A stretch of 64,000 nucleotides of DNA from Eledone cirrhosa (taxonomy: Eukaryota). The stretch spans positions 38,130,001 through 38,194,000 of the forward strand of contig OZ024748.1 in assembly GCA_964016885.1 (NCBI GenBank), given 5' to 3'. Both the position numbers and the translations under genes were made by a program. Positions 11,101 through 26,100 of this stretch are shown piece by piece; position 1 is the first letter of the stretch; each line of letters opens with the position of its first letter. The notes under the pieces were generated by a model. The model was not told the origin of the DNA. It did not search any database and saw nothing but the letters and a program-made list of their open reading frames with translations.

Positions 11101-14100
11101 TTGGATGGTTGGTTGGTTGGTTGAAGATTGAATGGTTGGTTGGTAGGATGGTTGGATGGTTGGTTAAATATTGAATGGTTGGTTGGTAGAATGGTTAGTT
11201 GGTTGGTTGGTTGATGATTGAATGGTTAGTTGGTAGGATGGTTGGATGGTTGGTTGGTTGGTTGAAGATTGAATGGTTGGTTGGTAGGATGGTTAGTTGG
11301 TTGGTTGGTTGAAGATTGAATGGTTGGTTGGTAGGATGGTTGGTTGTTTGGTTGGTTGGTTGAAGATTGAATGGTTGGTTGGTAGGATGGTTGGTTGGTT
11401 GGTTGGTTGGTTGGTAGGATGGTTGGTTGGTTGGTTGGTTGAAGATTGAATGGTTGGTTGGTAGGATGGTTGGATGGTTGTTTGGTTGGTTGGTTGGTTG
11501 GTTGGTTGGTTGAAGATTGAATGGTTGGTTGGTTGGCTGGTTGGTTGAAGATTGAACGTTTGGTTGGTAGGATGGTTGGTTGGATGGTTGGTTGGTTGGT
11601 TGAAGATTGAATGGTTGGTTGGTAGGACGGTTGGCTGGTTGGTTGGTAGGTTGGTTGGTTGGTTGAAGATTGAATGGTTGGTTGGTAAGTTGGTTGGTTG
11701 GTTGGTTGGTTGGTTGAAGATTGAATGGTTGGTTGGTAGGATGGTTGGCTGGTTGGTTGGTTGGTTGGTTGGTTGGTTGGTTGGTTGAAGATTGAATGGT
11801 TGGTTGGTAAGTTGGTTGGTTGGTTGGTTGGATGGTTGGTTGAAGATTGAATGGTTGGTTGGTAGGATGGTTGGATGGTTGGTTGGTTGGTTGAAGATTG
11901 AATGGTTGGTTGGTAGGATGGTTGGATGGTTGGTTGGTTGGTTGGTTGGTTGGTTGGTTGGTTGGTTGGTTGAAGATTGAATGTTTGGTTGGTAGGATGG
12001 TTGGATGGTTGGTTGGTTGGTTGAAGATTGAATGGTTGGTTGGTAGGATGGTTGGATGGTTGGTTGGTTGGTTGGTTGAAGATTGAATGTTTGGTTGGTA
12101 GGATGGTTGGATGGTTGGTTGGTTGGTTGGTTGGTTGGTTGGTTGGTTGGTTGGATGGTTGGTTGAAGATTGAATGGTTGGTTGGTAGGAAGGTTGAATG
12201 GTTGCTTGGTTGGTTGGTTGAAGATTGAATGTTTGGTTGGTAGGATGGTTGGTTGGTTGGTTGGTTGGTTGGTTGGTTGGTTGGTTGGATGGTTGGTTGA
12301 AGATTGAATGGTTGGTTGTTAGGATGGTTGAATGGTTGTTTGGTTGAAGATAGAACGTTTGGTTGGTAGTTTGGTTGGTGGGATGGATGGATGGCTGGAT
12401 GGTTGGCTGGTTGGTTGGTTGAAGATTGAATGGTTGGTTGGTAGGATGGATGGATGGCTGGATGGTTGGCTGGTTGGTTGGTTGAAGATTGAATGGTTGG
12501 TTGGTAGGATGGATGGTTGGATGGTTGGTTGAAGATTGAATGGTTGGTTGGTAGGATGGATGGTTGGATGGTTGGTTGGTTGGTTGAAGATTGAATGGTT
12601 GGTAGGATGGATGGTTGGATGGTTGGATGGTTGGTTGGTTGGTTGATGATTGAATGGTTGGTTGGTAGGATGGATGGTTGGATGGTTGGTTGGTTGGTTG
12701 AAGATTGAATGGTTGGTTGGTAGGATGGATGGTTGGATGGTTGGTTGGTTGGTTGAAGATTGAATGGTTGGTTGGTAGGATGGTTGGATGGTTGGTTGGT
12801 TGGTTGAAGATTGAATGGTTGGTTGGTAGGATGGTTGGATGGTTGGTTGGTTGGTTGAAGATTGAATGGTTAGTTGGTAGGATGGTTAGTTGGTTGGTTG
12901 GTTGAAGATTGAATGGTTAGTTGGTAGGATGGTTGGATGGTTGGTTGGTTGGTTGAAGATTGAATGGTTGGTTGGTAGGATGGATGGTTGGATGGTTGGT
13001 TGGTTGGTTGAAGATTGAATGGTTGGTTGGTAGGATGGTTGGATGGTTGGTTAAATATTGAATGGTTGGTTGGTAGAATGGTTAGTTGGTTGGTTGGTTG
13101 ATGATTGAATGGTTAGTTGGTAGGATGGTTGGATGGTTGGTTGGTTGGTTGAAGATTGAATGGTTGGTTGGTAGGATGGTTAGTTGGTTGGTTGGTTGAA
13201 GATTGAATGGTTGGTTGGTAGGATGGTTGGTTGTTTGGTTGGTTGGTTGAAGATTGAATGGTTGGTTGGTAGGATGGTTGGTTGGTTGGTTGGTTGGTTG
13301 GTAGGATGGTTGGTTGGTTGGTTGGTTGAAGATTGAATGGTTGGTTGGTAGGATGGTTGGATGGTTGTTTGGTTGGTTGGTTGGTTGGTTGGTTGGTTGA
13401 AGATTGAATGGTTGGTTGGTTGGCTGGTTGGTTGAAGATTGAACGTTTGGTTGGTAGGATGGTTGGTTGGATGGTTGGTTGGTTGGTTGAAGATTGAATG
13501 GTTGGTTGGTAGGACGGTTGGCTGGTTGGTTGGTAGGTTGGTTGGTTGGTTGAAGATTGAATGGTTGGTTGGTAAGTTGGTTGGTTGGTTGGTTGGTTGG
13601 TTGAAGATTGAATGGTTGGTTGGTAGGATGGTTGGCTGGTTGGTTGGTTGGTTGGTTGGTTGGTTGGTTGGTTGGTTGAAGATTGAATGGTTGGTTGGTA
13701 AGTTGGTTGGTTGGTTGGTTGGATGGTTGGTTGAAGATTGAATGGTTGGTTGGTAGGATGGTTGGTTTGTTGGTTGAAGATTGAATGGTTGGTTGGTAGG
13801 ATGGTTGGATGGTTGTTTGGTTGGTTGAAGATTGAATGTTTGGTTGGTAGGATGGTTGGTTGGTTGGTTGGCTGGTTGGTTGAAGATTGAATGGTTGGTT
13901 GGTAGGATGGTTGGTTGGTTGGTTGGTTGGTTGGTTGGTTGGTTGGTTGGTTGAAGATTGAATGGTTGGTTGGTAGGATGGTTGGTTGGTTGGTTGGTTG
14001 AAGATTGAATGGTTGGTTGGTAGAATGCTTGGTTGGTTGGTTGGTTGAAGATGGAATGGTTGGTTGGTAGGATGGTTGGTTGGTTGGTTGGTTGGTTGAT

Positions 14101-17100
14101 AATTGAATGATTGGTTCGTAGGATGGTTGGTTGGTTGGTTGGTTGGTTGGTTGAAGATTGAATGTTTGGTTGGTAGGATGGTTGGATGGTTGGTTGGTTG
14201 GTTGAAGATTGAATGTTTGGTTGGTAGGATGGTTGGATGGTTGGTTGGTTGGTTGGTTGGTTGGTTGGTTGGTTGGTTGGATGGTTCGTTGAAGATTGAA
14301 TGGTTGGTTGGTAGGATGCTTGGTTGGTTGGTTGGTTGGTTGCTTGAAGATGGAATGGTTGGTTGGTAGGATGGTTGGTTGGTTGGTTGGTTGGTTGGTT
14401 GAAGATTGAATGTTTGGTTGGTAGGATTGTTGGATGGTTGGTTGGTTGGTTGGTTGGTTGGTTGGTTGGATGGTTGGTTGAAGATTGAATGGATTGTTGG
14501 TAGGATGGTTGGATGGTTGGTTGGTTGGTTGGTTGAAGATTGAATGGTTGCTTGGTAGGATGGTTGGATGGTTGGTTGGTTGGTTGGTTGGTTGGTTGGA
14601 TGGTTGGTTGAAGATTGAATGGTTGGTTGGTAGGAAGGTTGAATGGTTGCTTGGTTGGTTGGTTGAAGATTGTATGTTTGGTTGGTAGGATGGTTGGTTG
14701 GTTGGTTGGTTGGTTGGTTGGTTGGTTGGTTAGTTGGATGGTTGGTTGAAGATTGAATGGTTGGTTGGTAGGATGGTTGAATGGTTGGTTGGTTGGTTGA
14801 AGATAGAATGTTTGGTTGGTAGCTTGGTTGGTAGGATGGATGGATGGCTGGATGGTTGGCTGGTTAGTTGGTTGAAGATTGAATGGTTGGTTGGTAGGAT
14901 GGATGGTTGGATGGTTGGTTGAAGATTGAATGGTTGGTTGGTAGGATGGATGGTTGGATGGTTGGTTGGTTGGTTGAAGATTGAATGGTTAGTTGGTAGG
15001 ATGGTTAGTTGGTTGGTTGAAGATTGAATGGTTAGTTGGTAGGATGGTTGATGGTTGGTTGAAGATTGAATGGTTGGTTGGTAGGATGGTTAGTTGGTTG
15101 GTTGGTTGGTTGGTTGGTTGGTTGGTTGGTTGGTTGGTTGGTTGGATGGTTGGTTGAAGATTGAATGGTTGATTGGTAGGAAGGTTGAATGGTTGCTTGG
15201 TTGGTTGGTTGAAGATTGAATGTTTGGTTGGTAGGATGGTTGGTTGGTTGGTTGGTTGGTTGGTTGGTTTGTTGGTTGGTTGGTTGGATGGTTGGTTGAT
15301 GATTGAATGGTTGGTTGGTAGGATGGTTGAATGGTTGGTTGGTTGGTTGAAGTTAGAATGTTTGGTTGGTAGCTTGGTTGGTAGGATGGATGGATGGCTG
15401 GATGGTTGGCTGGTTGGTTGGTTGAAGATTGAATGGTTGGTTGGTAGGATGGTTAGTTGGTTGGTTGGTTGGTTGGTTGGTTGGTTGGTTTGTTGGTTGG
15501 TTGGATGGTTGGTTGAAGATTGAATGGTTGGTTGGTAGGAAGGTTGAATGGTTGCTTGGTTGGTTGGTTGAAGATTGAATGTTTGGTTGGTAGGATGGTT
15601 GGTTGGTTGGTTGGTTGGTTGGTTGGTTGGTTGGTTGGTTGGATGGTTGGTTGAAGATTGAATGGTTGGTTGGTAGTATGGTTGAATGGTTGGTTGGTTG
15701 GTTGAAGATAGAATGTTTGGTTGGTAGCTTGGTTGGTAGGATGGATGGATGGCTGGATGGTTGGCTGGTTGGTTGGTTGAAGATTGAATGGTTGGTTGGT
15801 AGGATGGATGGTTGGTTGAAGATTGAATGGTTGGTTGGTAGGATGGATGGTTGGATGGTTGGTTGGTTGGTTGAAGATTGAATGGTTAGTTGGTAGGATG
15901 GTTAGTTGGTTGGTTGGTTGAAGATTGAATGGTTAGTTGGTAGGATGGTTAGTTGGTTGGTTGGTTGAAGATTGAATGGTTAGTTGGTAGGATGGTTGGA
16001 TGGTTGGTTGGTTGGTTGAAGATTGAATGGTTGGTTGGTAGGATGGATGGTTGGATGGTTGGTTGGTTGGTTGAAAATTGAATGGTTGGTTGTTAGGATG
16101 GTTGGATGGTTGGTTGAAGATTGAATGGTTGGTTGGTAGGATGGTTAGTTGGTTGGTTGGTTGATGATTGAATGGTTAGTTGGTAGGATGGTTGGATGGT
16201 TGGTTGGTTGGTTGAAGATTGAATGGTTGGTTGGTAGGATGGTTAGATGGTTGTTGGTTGGTTGGTTGAAGATTGAATGGTTGGTTGGTAGAATGGTTAG
16301 TTGGTTGGTTGAAGATTGAATGGTTGGTTGGTAGGATGGTTGGTTGATTGGTTGGTTGGTTGAAGATTGAATGGTTGGTTGGTAGGATGGTTCGTTGGTT
16401 GGTTGGTTGGTTGGTTGGTTGGTTGAAGATTGAATGGTTGGTTGTTAGGATGGTTGGATGGTTGGTTGAAGATTGAATGGTTGGTTGGTAGGATGGTTAG
16501 TTGGTTGGTTGGTTGGTTGGTTGGTTGGTTGGTTGGTTGAAGATTGAATGGTTGGTTGGTAGGATGGTTGGTTGGTTGGTTGGTTGGTTGAAGATTGAAT
16601 GTTTGGTTGGTAGGATGGTTGGTTGGATGGTTGGTTGGTTGGTTGAAGATTGAATGGTTGGTTGGTAGGATGGTTGGCTGCTTGGTTGGTTGGTGGTTGG
16701 TTGGTTGAAGATTGAATGGTTGGTTGGTAAGTTGGTTGGTTGGTTGGTAAGTTGGTTGGTTGGTTGGTTGGTTGAAGATTGAATGGTTGGTTGGTAGGAT
16801 GGTTGGCTTGTTGGTTGGTTGGTTGGTTGGTTGGTTGAAGATTGAATGGTTGGTTGGTAAGTTGGTTGGTTGATTGGTTGGATGGTTGGTTGAAGATTGA
16901 ATGGTTGGTTGGTAGGATGCTTGGTTGGTTACGTTGGTTGAAGATTGAATGGTTGGTTGGTAGGATGGTTGGTTGGTTGGTTGGTTGAAGATTGAATGGT
17001 TGGTTGGTAGAATGCTTGGTTGGTTGGTTGAAGATGGAATGGTTGGTTGGTAGGATGGTTGGTTGGTTGGTTGGTTGGTTGAAAATTGAATGATTGGTTC

Positions 17101-20100
17101 GTAGGATGGTTGGTTGGTTGGTTGGTTGGTTGGTTGGTTGAAGATTGAATGTTTGGTTGGTAGGATGGTTGGATGGTTGGTTGGTTGGTTGAAGATTGAA
17201 TGTTTGGTTGGTAGGATGGTTGGATGGTTGGTTGGTTGGTTGGTTGGTTGGTTGGTTGGTTGGATGGTTCGTTGAAGATTGAATGGTTGGTTGGTAGGAT
17301 GCTTGGTTGGTTGGTTGGTTGGTTGGTTGAAGATGGAATGGTTGGTTGGTAGGATGGTTGGTTGGTTGGTTGGTTGGTTGAAGATTGAATGTTTGGTTGG
17401 TAGGATTGTTGGATGGTTGGTTGGTTGGTTGGTTGGTTGGTTGGATGGTTGGTTGAAGATTGAATGGATGGTTGGTAGGATGGTTGGATGGTTGGTTGGT
17501 TGGTTGGTTGAAGATTGAATGGTTGCTTGGTAGGATGGTTGGATGGTTGGTTGGTTGGTTGGTTGGTTGGTTGGATGGTTGGTTGAAGATTGAATGGTTT
17601 GTTGGTAGGAAGGTTGAATGGTTGCTTGGTTGGTTGGTTGAAGATTGTATGTTTGGTTGGTAGGATGGTTGGTTGGTTGGTTGGTTGGTTGGTTGGTTGG
17701 TTGGTTAGTTGGATGGTTGGTTGAAGATTGAATGGTTGGTTGGTAGGATGGTTGAATGGTTGGTTGGTTGGTTGAAGATAGAATGTTTGGTTGGTAGCTT
17801 GGTTGGTAGGATGGATGGATGGCTGGATGGTTGGCTGGTTAGTTGGTTGAAGATTGAATGGTTGGTTGGTAGGATGGATGGTTGGATGGTTGGTTGAAGA
17901 TTGAATGGTTGGTTGGTAGGATGGATGGTTGGATGGTTGGTTGGTTGGTTGAAGATTGAATGGTTAGTTGGTAGGATGGTTAGTTGGTTGTTTGGTTGAA
18001 GATTGAATGGTTAGTTGGTAGGATGGTTGGATGGTTGGTTGAAGATTGAATGGTTGGTTGGTAGGATGGTTAGTTGGTTGGTTGGTTGGTTGGTTGGTTG
18101 GTTGGTTGGTTGGTTGGTTGGTTGGATGGTTGGTTGAAGATTGAATGGTTGATTGGTAGGAAGGTTGAATGGTTGCTTGGTTGGTTGGTTGAAGATTGAA
18201 TGTTTGGTTGGTAGGATGGTTGGTTGGTTGGTTGGTTGGCTGGTTGGTTGGTTGAAGATTGAATGGTTGGTTGGTAGGATGGTTAGTTGGTTGGTTGGTT
18301 GGTTGGTTGGTTTGTTGGTTGGTTGGATGGTTGGTTGAAGATTGAATGGTTGGTTGGTAGGAAGGTTGAATGGTTGCTTGGTTGGTTGGTTGAAGATTGA
18401 ATGTTTGGTTGGTAGGATGGTTGGTTGGTTGGTTGGTTGGTTGGTTGGTTGGTTGCTTGGTTGGATGGTTGGTTGAAGATTGAATGGTTGGTTGGTAGTA
18501 TGGTTGAATGGTTGGTTGGTTGAAGATAGAATGTTTGGTTGGTAGCTTGGTTGGTAGGATGGATGGATGGCTGGATGGTTGGCTGGTTGGTTGGTTGAAG
18601 ATTGAATGGTTGGTTGGTAGGATGGATGGTTGGATGGTTGGTTGAAGATTGAATGGTTGGTTGGTAGGATGGATGGTTGGATGGTTGGTTGGTTGGTTGA
18701 AGATTGAATGGTTAGTTGGTAGGATGGTTAGTTGGTTGGTTGGTTGAAGATTGAATGGTTAGTTGGTAGGATGGTTAGTTGGTTGGTTGGTTGAAGATTG
18801 AATGGTTAGTTGGTAGGATGGTTGGATGGTTGGTTGGTTGAAGATTGAATGGTTGGTTGGTAGGATGGATGGTTGGATGGTTGGTTGGTTGGTTGAAAAT
18901 TGAATGGTTGGTTGTTAGGATGGTTGGATGGTTGGTTGAAGATTGAATGGTTGGTTGGTAGGATGGTTAGTTGGTTGGTTGGTTGATGATTGAATGGTTA
19001 GTTGGTAGGATGGTTGGATGGTTGGTTGGTTGGTTGAAGATTGAATGGTTGGTTGGTAGGATGGTTAGATGGTTGTTGGTTGGTTGGTTGAAGATTGAAT
19101 GGTTGGTTGGTAGAATGGTTAGTTGGTTGGTTGAAGATTGAATGGTTGGTTGGTAGGATGGTTGGTTGGTTGGTTGGTTGGTTCGTTGAAGATTGAATGG
19201 TTGGTTGGTAGGATGGTTCGTTGGTTGGTTGGTTGGTTGGTTGGTTGGTTGAAGATTGAATGGTTGGTTGTTAGGATGGTTGGATGGTTGGTTGAAGATT
19301 GAATGGTTGGTTGGTAGGATGGTTAGTTGGTTGGTTGGTTGGTTGGTTGGTTGGTTGGTTGGTTGGTTGAAGATTGAATGGTTGGTTGGTAGGATGGTTG
19401 GTTGGTTGGTTGGTTGGTTGAAGATTGAATGTTTGGTTGGTAGGATGGTTGGTTGGATGGTTGGTTGGTTGGTTGAAGATTGAATGGTTGGTTGGTAGGA
19501 TGGTTGGCTGCTTGGTTGGTTGGTGGTTGGTTGGTTGAAGATTGAATGGTTGGTTGGTAAGTTGGTTGGTTGGTTGGTAAGTTGGTTGGTTGGTTGGTTG
19601 GTTGAAGATTGAATGGTTGGTTGGTAGGATGGTTGGCTTGTTGGTTGGTTGGTTGGTTGGTTGGTTGGTTGAAGATTGAATGGTTGGTTGGTAAGTTGGT
19701 TGGTTGATTGGTTGGATGGTTGGTTGAAGATTGAATGGTTGGTTGGTAGGATGCTTGGTTGGTTACGTTGGTTGAAGATTGAATGGTTGGTTGGTAGGAT
19801 GGTTGATTGGTTGGTTGGTTGAAGATTGAATGGTTGGTTGGTAGAATGCTTGGTTGGTTGGTTGGTTGAAGATGGAATGGTTGGTTGGTAGGATGGTTGG
19901 TTGGTTGGTTGGTTGGTTGAAAATTGAATGATTGGTTCGTAGGATGGTTGGTTGGTTGGTTGGTTGGTTGGTTGGTTGAAGATTGAATGTTTGGTTGGTA
20001 GGATGGTTGGATGGTTGGTTGGTTGGTTGAAGATTGAATGTTTGGTTGGTAGGATGGTTGGATGGTTGGTTGGTTGGTTGGTTGGTTGGTTGGTTGGATG

Positions 20101-23100
20101 GTTCGTTGAAGATTGAATGGTTGGTTGGTAGGATGCTTGGTTGGTTGGTTGGTTGGTTGGTTGAAGATGGAATGGTTGGTTGGTAGGATGGTTGGTTGGT
20201 TGGTTGGTTGGTTGGTTGAAGATTGAATGTTTGGTTGGTAGGATTGTTGGATGGTTGGTTGGTTGGTTGGTTGGTTGGTTGGTTGGATGGTTGGTTGAAG
20301 ATTGAATGGATGGTTGGTAGGATGGTTGGATGGTTGGTTGGTTGGTTGGTTGAAGATTGAATGGTTGCTTGGTAGGATGGTTGGATGGTTGGTTGGTTGG
20401 TTGGTTGGTTGGATGGATGGTTGGATGGTTGGTTGGTTGGTTGAAGATTGAATGGTTAGTTGGTAGGATGGTTAGTTGGTTGGTTGGTTGAAGATTGAAT
20501 GGTTAGTTGGTAGGATGGTTAGTTGGTTGGTTGGTTGAAGATTGAATGGTTAGTTGGTAGGATGGTTGGATGGTTGGTTGGTTGGTTGAAGATTGAATGG
20601 TTGGTTGGTAGGATGGATGGTTGGATGGTTGGTTGGTTGGTTGAAAATTGAATGGTTGGTTGTTAGGATGGTTGGATGGTTGGTTGAAGATTGAATGGTT
20701 GGTTGGTAGGATGGTTAGTTGGTTGGTTGGTTGATGATTGAATGGTTAGTTGGTAGGATGGTTGGATGGTTGGTTGGTTGGTTGAAGATTGAATGGTTGG
20801 TTGGTAGGATGGTTAGATGGTTGTTGGTTGGTTGGTTGAAGATTGAATGGTTGGTTGGTAGAATGGTTAGTTGGTTGGTTGAAGATTGAATGGTTGGTTG
20901 GTAGGATGGTTGGTTGATTGGTTGGTTGGTTGAAGATTGAATGGTTGGTTGGTAGGATGGTTCGTTGGTTGGTTGGTTGGTTGGTTGGTTGGTTGAAGAT
21001 TGAATGGTTGGTTGTTAGGATGGTTGGATGGTTGGTTGAAGATTGAATGGTTGGTTGGTAGGATGGTTAGTTGGTTGGTTGGTTGGTTGGTTGGTTGGTT
21101 GGTTGGTTGGTTGAAGATTGAATGGTTGGTTGGTAGGATGGTTGGTTGGTTGGTTGGTTGGTTGAAGATTGAATGTTTGGTTGGTAGGATGGTTGGCTGC
21201 TTGGTTGGTTGGTGGTTGGTTGGTTGAAGATTGAATGGTTGGTTGGTAAGTTGGTTGGTTGGTTGGTAAGTTGGTTGGTTGGTTGGTTGGTTGAAGATTG
21301 AATGGTTGGTTGGTAGGATGGTTGGCTTGTTGGTTGGTTGGTTGGTTGGTTGGTTGAAGATTGAATGGTTGGTTGGTAAGTTGGTTGGTTGATTGGTTGG
21401 ATGGTTGGTTGAAGATTGAATGGTTGGTTGGTAGGATGCTTGGTTGGTTACGTTGGTTGAAGATTGAATGGTTGGTTGGTATGATGGTTGGTTGGTTGGT
21501 TGGTTGGTTGAAGATTGAATGGTTGGTTGGTAGAATGCTTGGTTGGTTGGTTGGTTGAAGATGGAATGGTTGGTTGGTAGGATGGTTGGTTGGTTGGTTG
21601 GTTGGTTGAAAATTGAATGATTGGTTCGTAGGATGGTTGGTTGGTTGGTTGGTTGGTTGGTTGGTTGAAGATTGAATGTTTGGTTGGTAGGATGGTTGGA
21701 TGGTTGGTTGGTTGGTTGAAGATTGAATGTTTGGTTGGTAGGATGGTTGGATGGTTGGTTGGTTGGTTGGTTGGTTGGTTGGTTGGTTGGTTGGATGGTT
21801 CGTTGAAGATTGAATGGTTGGTTGGTAGGATGCTTGGTTGGTTGGTTGGTTGGTTGGTTGAAGATGGAATGGTTGGTTGGTAGGATGGTTGGTTGGTTGG
21901 TTGGTTGGTTGGTTGAAGATTGAATGTTTGGTTGGTAGGATTGTTGGATGGTTGGTTGGTTGGTTGGTTGGTTGGTTGGTTGGATGGTTGGTTGAAGATT
22001 GAATGGATGGTTGGTAGGATGGTTGGATGGTTGGTTGGTTGGTTGGTTGAAGATTGAATGGTTGCTTGGTAGGATGGTTGGATGGTTGGTTGGTTGGTTG
22101 GTTGGTTGGATGGTTTGTTGAAGATTGAATGGTTGGTTGGTAGGAAGGTTGAATGGTTGCTTGGTTGGTTGGTTGAAGATTGTATGTTTGGTTGGTAGGA
22201 TGGTTGGTTGGTTGGTTGGTTGGTTGGTTAGTTGGATGGTTGGTTGAAGATTGAATGGTTGGTTGGTAGGATGGTTGAATGGTTGGTTAGTTGAAGATAG
22301 AATGTTTGGTTGGTAGCTTGGTTGGTAGGATGGATGGATGGCTGGATGGTTGACTGGTTAGTTGGTTGAAGATTGAATGGTTGGTTGGTAGGATGGATGG
22401 TTGGATGGTTGGTTGAAGATTGAATGGTTGGTTGGTAGGATGGATGGTTGGATGGTTGGTTGGTTGGTTGAAGATTGAATGGTTAGTTGGTACGATGGTT
22501 AGTTGGTTGGTTGGTTGAAGATTGAATGGTTAGTTGGTAGGATGGTTGGATGGTTGGTTGAAGATTGAATGTTTGGTTGGTAGGATGGTTGGTTGGTTGG
22601 TTGGTTGGTTGGTTGGTTGGTTTGTTGGTTGGTTGGTTGGATGGTTGGTTGAAGATTGAATGGTTGGTTGGTAGGATGGTTGAATGGTTGGTTGGTTGGT
22701 TGGTTGAAGATAGAATGTTTGGTTGGTAGCTTGGTTGGTAGGATGGATGGATGGCTGGATGGTTGGCTGGTTGGTTGGTTGAAGATTGAATGGTTGGTTG
22801 GTAGGATGGTTAGTTGGTTGGTTGGTTGGTTGGTTGGTTGGTTTGTTGGTTGGTTGGATGGTTGGTTGAAGATTGAATGGTTGGTTGGTAGGAAGGTTGA
22901 ATGGTTGCTTGGTTGGTTGGTTGAAGATTGAATGTTTGGTTGGTAGGATGGTTGGTTGGTTGGTTGGTTGGTTGGTTGGTTGGTTGGTTGGTTGGTTGGT
23001 TGGATGGTTGGTTGAAGATTGAATGGTTGGTTGGTAGTATGGTTGAATGGTTGGTTGGTTGGTTGAAGATAGAATGTTTGGTTGGTAGCTTGGTTGGTAG

Positions 23101-26100
23101 GATGGATGGATGGCTGGATGGTTGGCTGGTTGGTTGGTTGAAGATTGAATGGTTGGTTGGTAGGATGGATGGTTGGATGGTTGGTTGAAGATTGAATGGT
23201 TGGTTGGTAGGATGGATGGTTGGATGGTTGGTTGGTTGGTTGAAGATTGAATGGTTAGTTGGTAGGATGGTTAGTTGGTTGGTTGGTTGAAGATTGAATG
23301 GTTAGTTGGTAGGATGGTTAGTTGGTTGGTTGGTTGAAGATTGAATGGTTAGTTGGTAGGATGGTTGGATGGTTGGTTGGTTGGTTGAAGATTGAATGGT
23401 TGGTTGGTAGGATGGATGGTTGGATGGTTGGTTGGTTGGTTGAAGATTGAATGGTTGGTTGTTAGGATGGTTGGATGGTTGGTTGAAGATTGAATGGTTG
23501 GTTGGTAGGATGGTTAGTTGGTTGGTTGGTTGATGATTGAATGGTTAGTTGGTAGGATGGTTGGATGGTAGGTTGGTTGGTTGAAGATTGAATGGTTGGT
23601 TGGTAGGATGGTTAGATGGTTGTTGGTTGGTTGGTTGAAGATTGAATGGTTGGTTGGTAGAATGGTTAGTTGGTTGGTTGAAGATTGAATGGTTGGTTGG
23701 TAGGATGGTTGGTTGATTGGTTGGTTGGTTGAAGATTGAATGGTTGGTTGGTAGGATGGTTGGTTGGTTGGTTGGTTGGTTGGTTGGTTGGTTGAAGATT
23801 GAATGGTTGGTTGTTAGGATGGTTGGATGGTTGGTTGAAGATTGAATGGTTGGTTGGTAGGATGGTTAGTTGGTTGGTTGGTTGGTTGGTTGGTTGGTTG
23901 GTTGAAGATTGAATGGTTGGTTGGTAGGATGGTTGGTTGGTTGGTTGGTTGGTTGAAGATTGAATGTTTGGTTGGTAGGATGGTTGGTTGGATGGTTGGT
24001 TGGTTGGTTGAAGATTGAATGGTTGGTTGGTAGGATGGTTGGCTGGTTGGTTGGTTGGTGGTTGGTTGGTAAGTTGGTTGGTTGGTTGGTAAGTTGGTTG
24101 GTTGGTTGGTTGGTTGAAGATTGAATGGTTGGTTGGTAGGATGGTTGGCTGGTTGGTTGGTTGGTTGGTTGGTTGAAGATTGAATGGTTGGTTGGTAAGT
24201 TGGTTGGTTGGTTGGTTGGATGGTTGGTTGAAGATTGAATGGTTGGTTGGTAGGATGCTTGGTTGGTTACGTTGGTTGAAGATTGAATGGTTGGTTGGTA
24301 GGATGGTTGGTTGGTTGGTTGGTTGAAGATTGAATGGTTGGTTGGTAGGATGGTTGGATGGTTGTTTGGTTGGTTGAAGATTGAATGTTTGGTTGGTAGG
24401 ATGGTTGGTTGGTTGGTTGGCTGGTTGGTTGAAGATTGAATGGTTGGTTGGTAGGATGGTTGGTTGGTTGGTTGGTTGGTTGGTTGAAGATTGAATTGTT
24501 GGTTGGTAGGATGGTTGGTTGGTTGGTTGGTTGGTTGGTTGGTTGGTTGGTTGGTTGGTTGGTTGGTTGGTTGATTAGTTGAAGATTGAATGGTTGGTTG
24601 GTAAGTTGGTTGGTTGGTTGGTTGGTTGGTTGGTTGAAGATTGAATGGTTGGTTGGTAGGATGGTAGGTTGGTTGGTTGGTTGGTTGAAGATTGAATGGT
24701 TGGTAGGATGCTTGGTTGGTTGCTTGGTTGAAGATGGAATGGTTGGTTGGTAGGATGGTTGGTTGGTTGGTTGGTTGGTTGGTTGAAGATTGAATGGTTG
24801 GTTCGTAGGATGGTTGGTTGGTTGGTTGGTTGGTTGAAGATTGAATGTTTGGTTGGTAGGATGGTTGGATGGTTGGTTGGTTGGTTGAAGATTGAATGTT
24901 TGGTTGGTAGGATGGTTGGATGGTTGGTTGGTTGGTTGGTTGGTTGGATGGTTCGTTGAAGATTGAATGGTTGGTTGGTAGGATGGTTGGATGGTTGGTT
25001 GGTTGGTTGAAGATTGAATGTTTGGTTGGTAGGATTGTTGGATGGTTGGTTGGTTGGTTGGTTGGTTGGTTGGATGGTTGGTTGAAGATTGATTGGATGG
25101 TTGGTAGGATGGTTGGATGGTTGGTTGGTTGGTTGAAGATTGAATGTTTGGTTGGTAGGGTGGTTGGATGGTTGGTTGGTTGGATGGTGGGTTGAAGATT
25201 GAATGGTTGGTTGGTAGGATGGTTGAATGGTTGGTTGGTTGGTTGGTTGAAGATTGAATGTTTGGTTGGTAGGATGGTTGGTTGCTTGGTTGGTTGGTTG
25301 GTTGGCTGGTTGGATGGTTGGTTGAAGATTGAATGGTTGGTTGGTAGGATGGTTGAATGGTTGGTTGGTTGGTTGGTTGGTTGAAGATTGAATGTTTGGT
25401 TGGTTGGTTGGTTGGATGGTTGGTTGAAGATTGAATGGTTGGTAGGATGGTTGAATGGTTAGTTGGTTGGTTGAAGATTGAATGTTTGGTTGGTAAGATG
25501 GTTGGATGGCTGGATAGTTGGCTGGTTGGTTGGTTGAAGATTAAATGGTTGGTTCGTAGGATGGTTGGATGGTTGGATGGTTGGCTGGTTGGTTGAAGAT
25601 TGAATGTTTGGTTGGTAGGATGGTTGGATGGTTGGTTGGTTGGTTGGTTGGTCGGTTGGATGGTTGGTTGAAGATTAAATGGTTGGTTGGTTGGTTGGTT
25701 GAAGATTGAATGGTTGGTTGGTAGGATGGTTGAATGGTTGGTTGGTTGAAGATTGAATGTTTGGTTGGTAGCATGGTTGGTTGGTTGGTTGGTTGGTTGG
25801 TTGGTTGGTTGGTTGGTTGGTTGGTTGGTTGGATGGTTGGTTGAAGATTGAATGGTTGGTTGGTAGGATGGTTGAATGGTTGCTTGGTTGGTTGGTTGAA
25901 GATTGAATGTTTGGTTGGTAGGATGGTTGGATGGTTGGTTGGTTGGTTGGTTGGTCGGTTGGATGGTTGGTTGAAGATTGAATGGTTGGTTGGTAGGATG
26001 GTTGAATGGTTGGTTGGTTGGTTGGTTGAAGATTGAATGGTTGGTTGGTAGGATGGTTGAATGGTTGGTTGGTTGGTTGAAGATTGAATGGTTGGTTGGT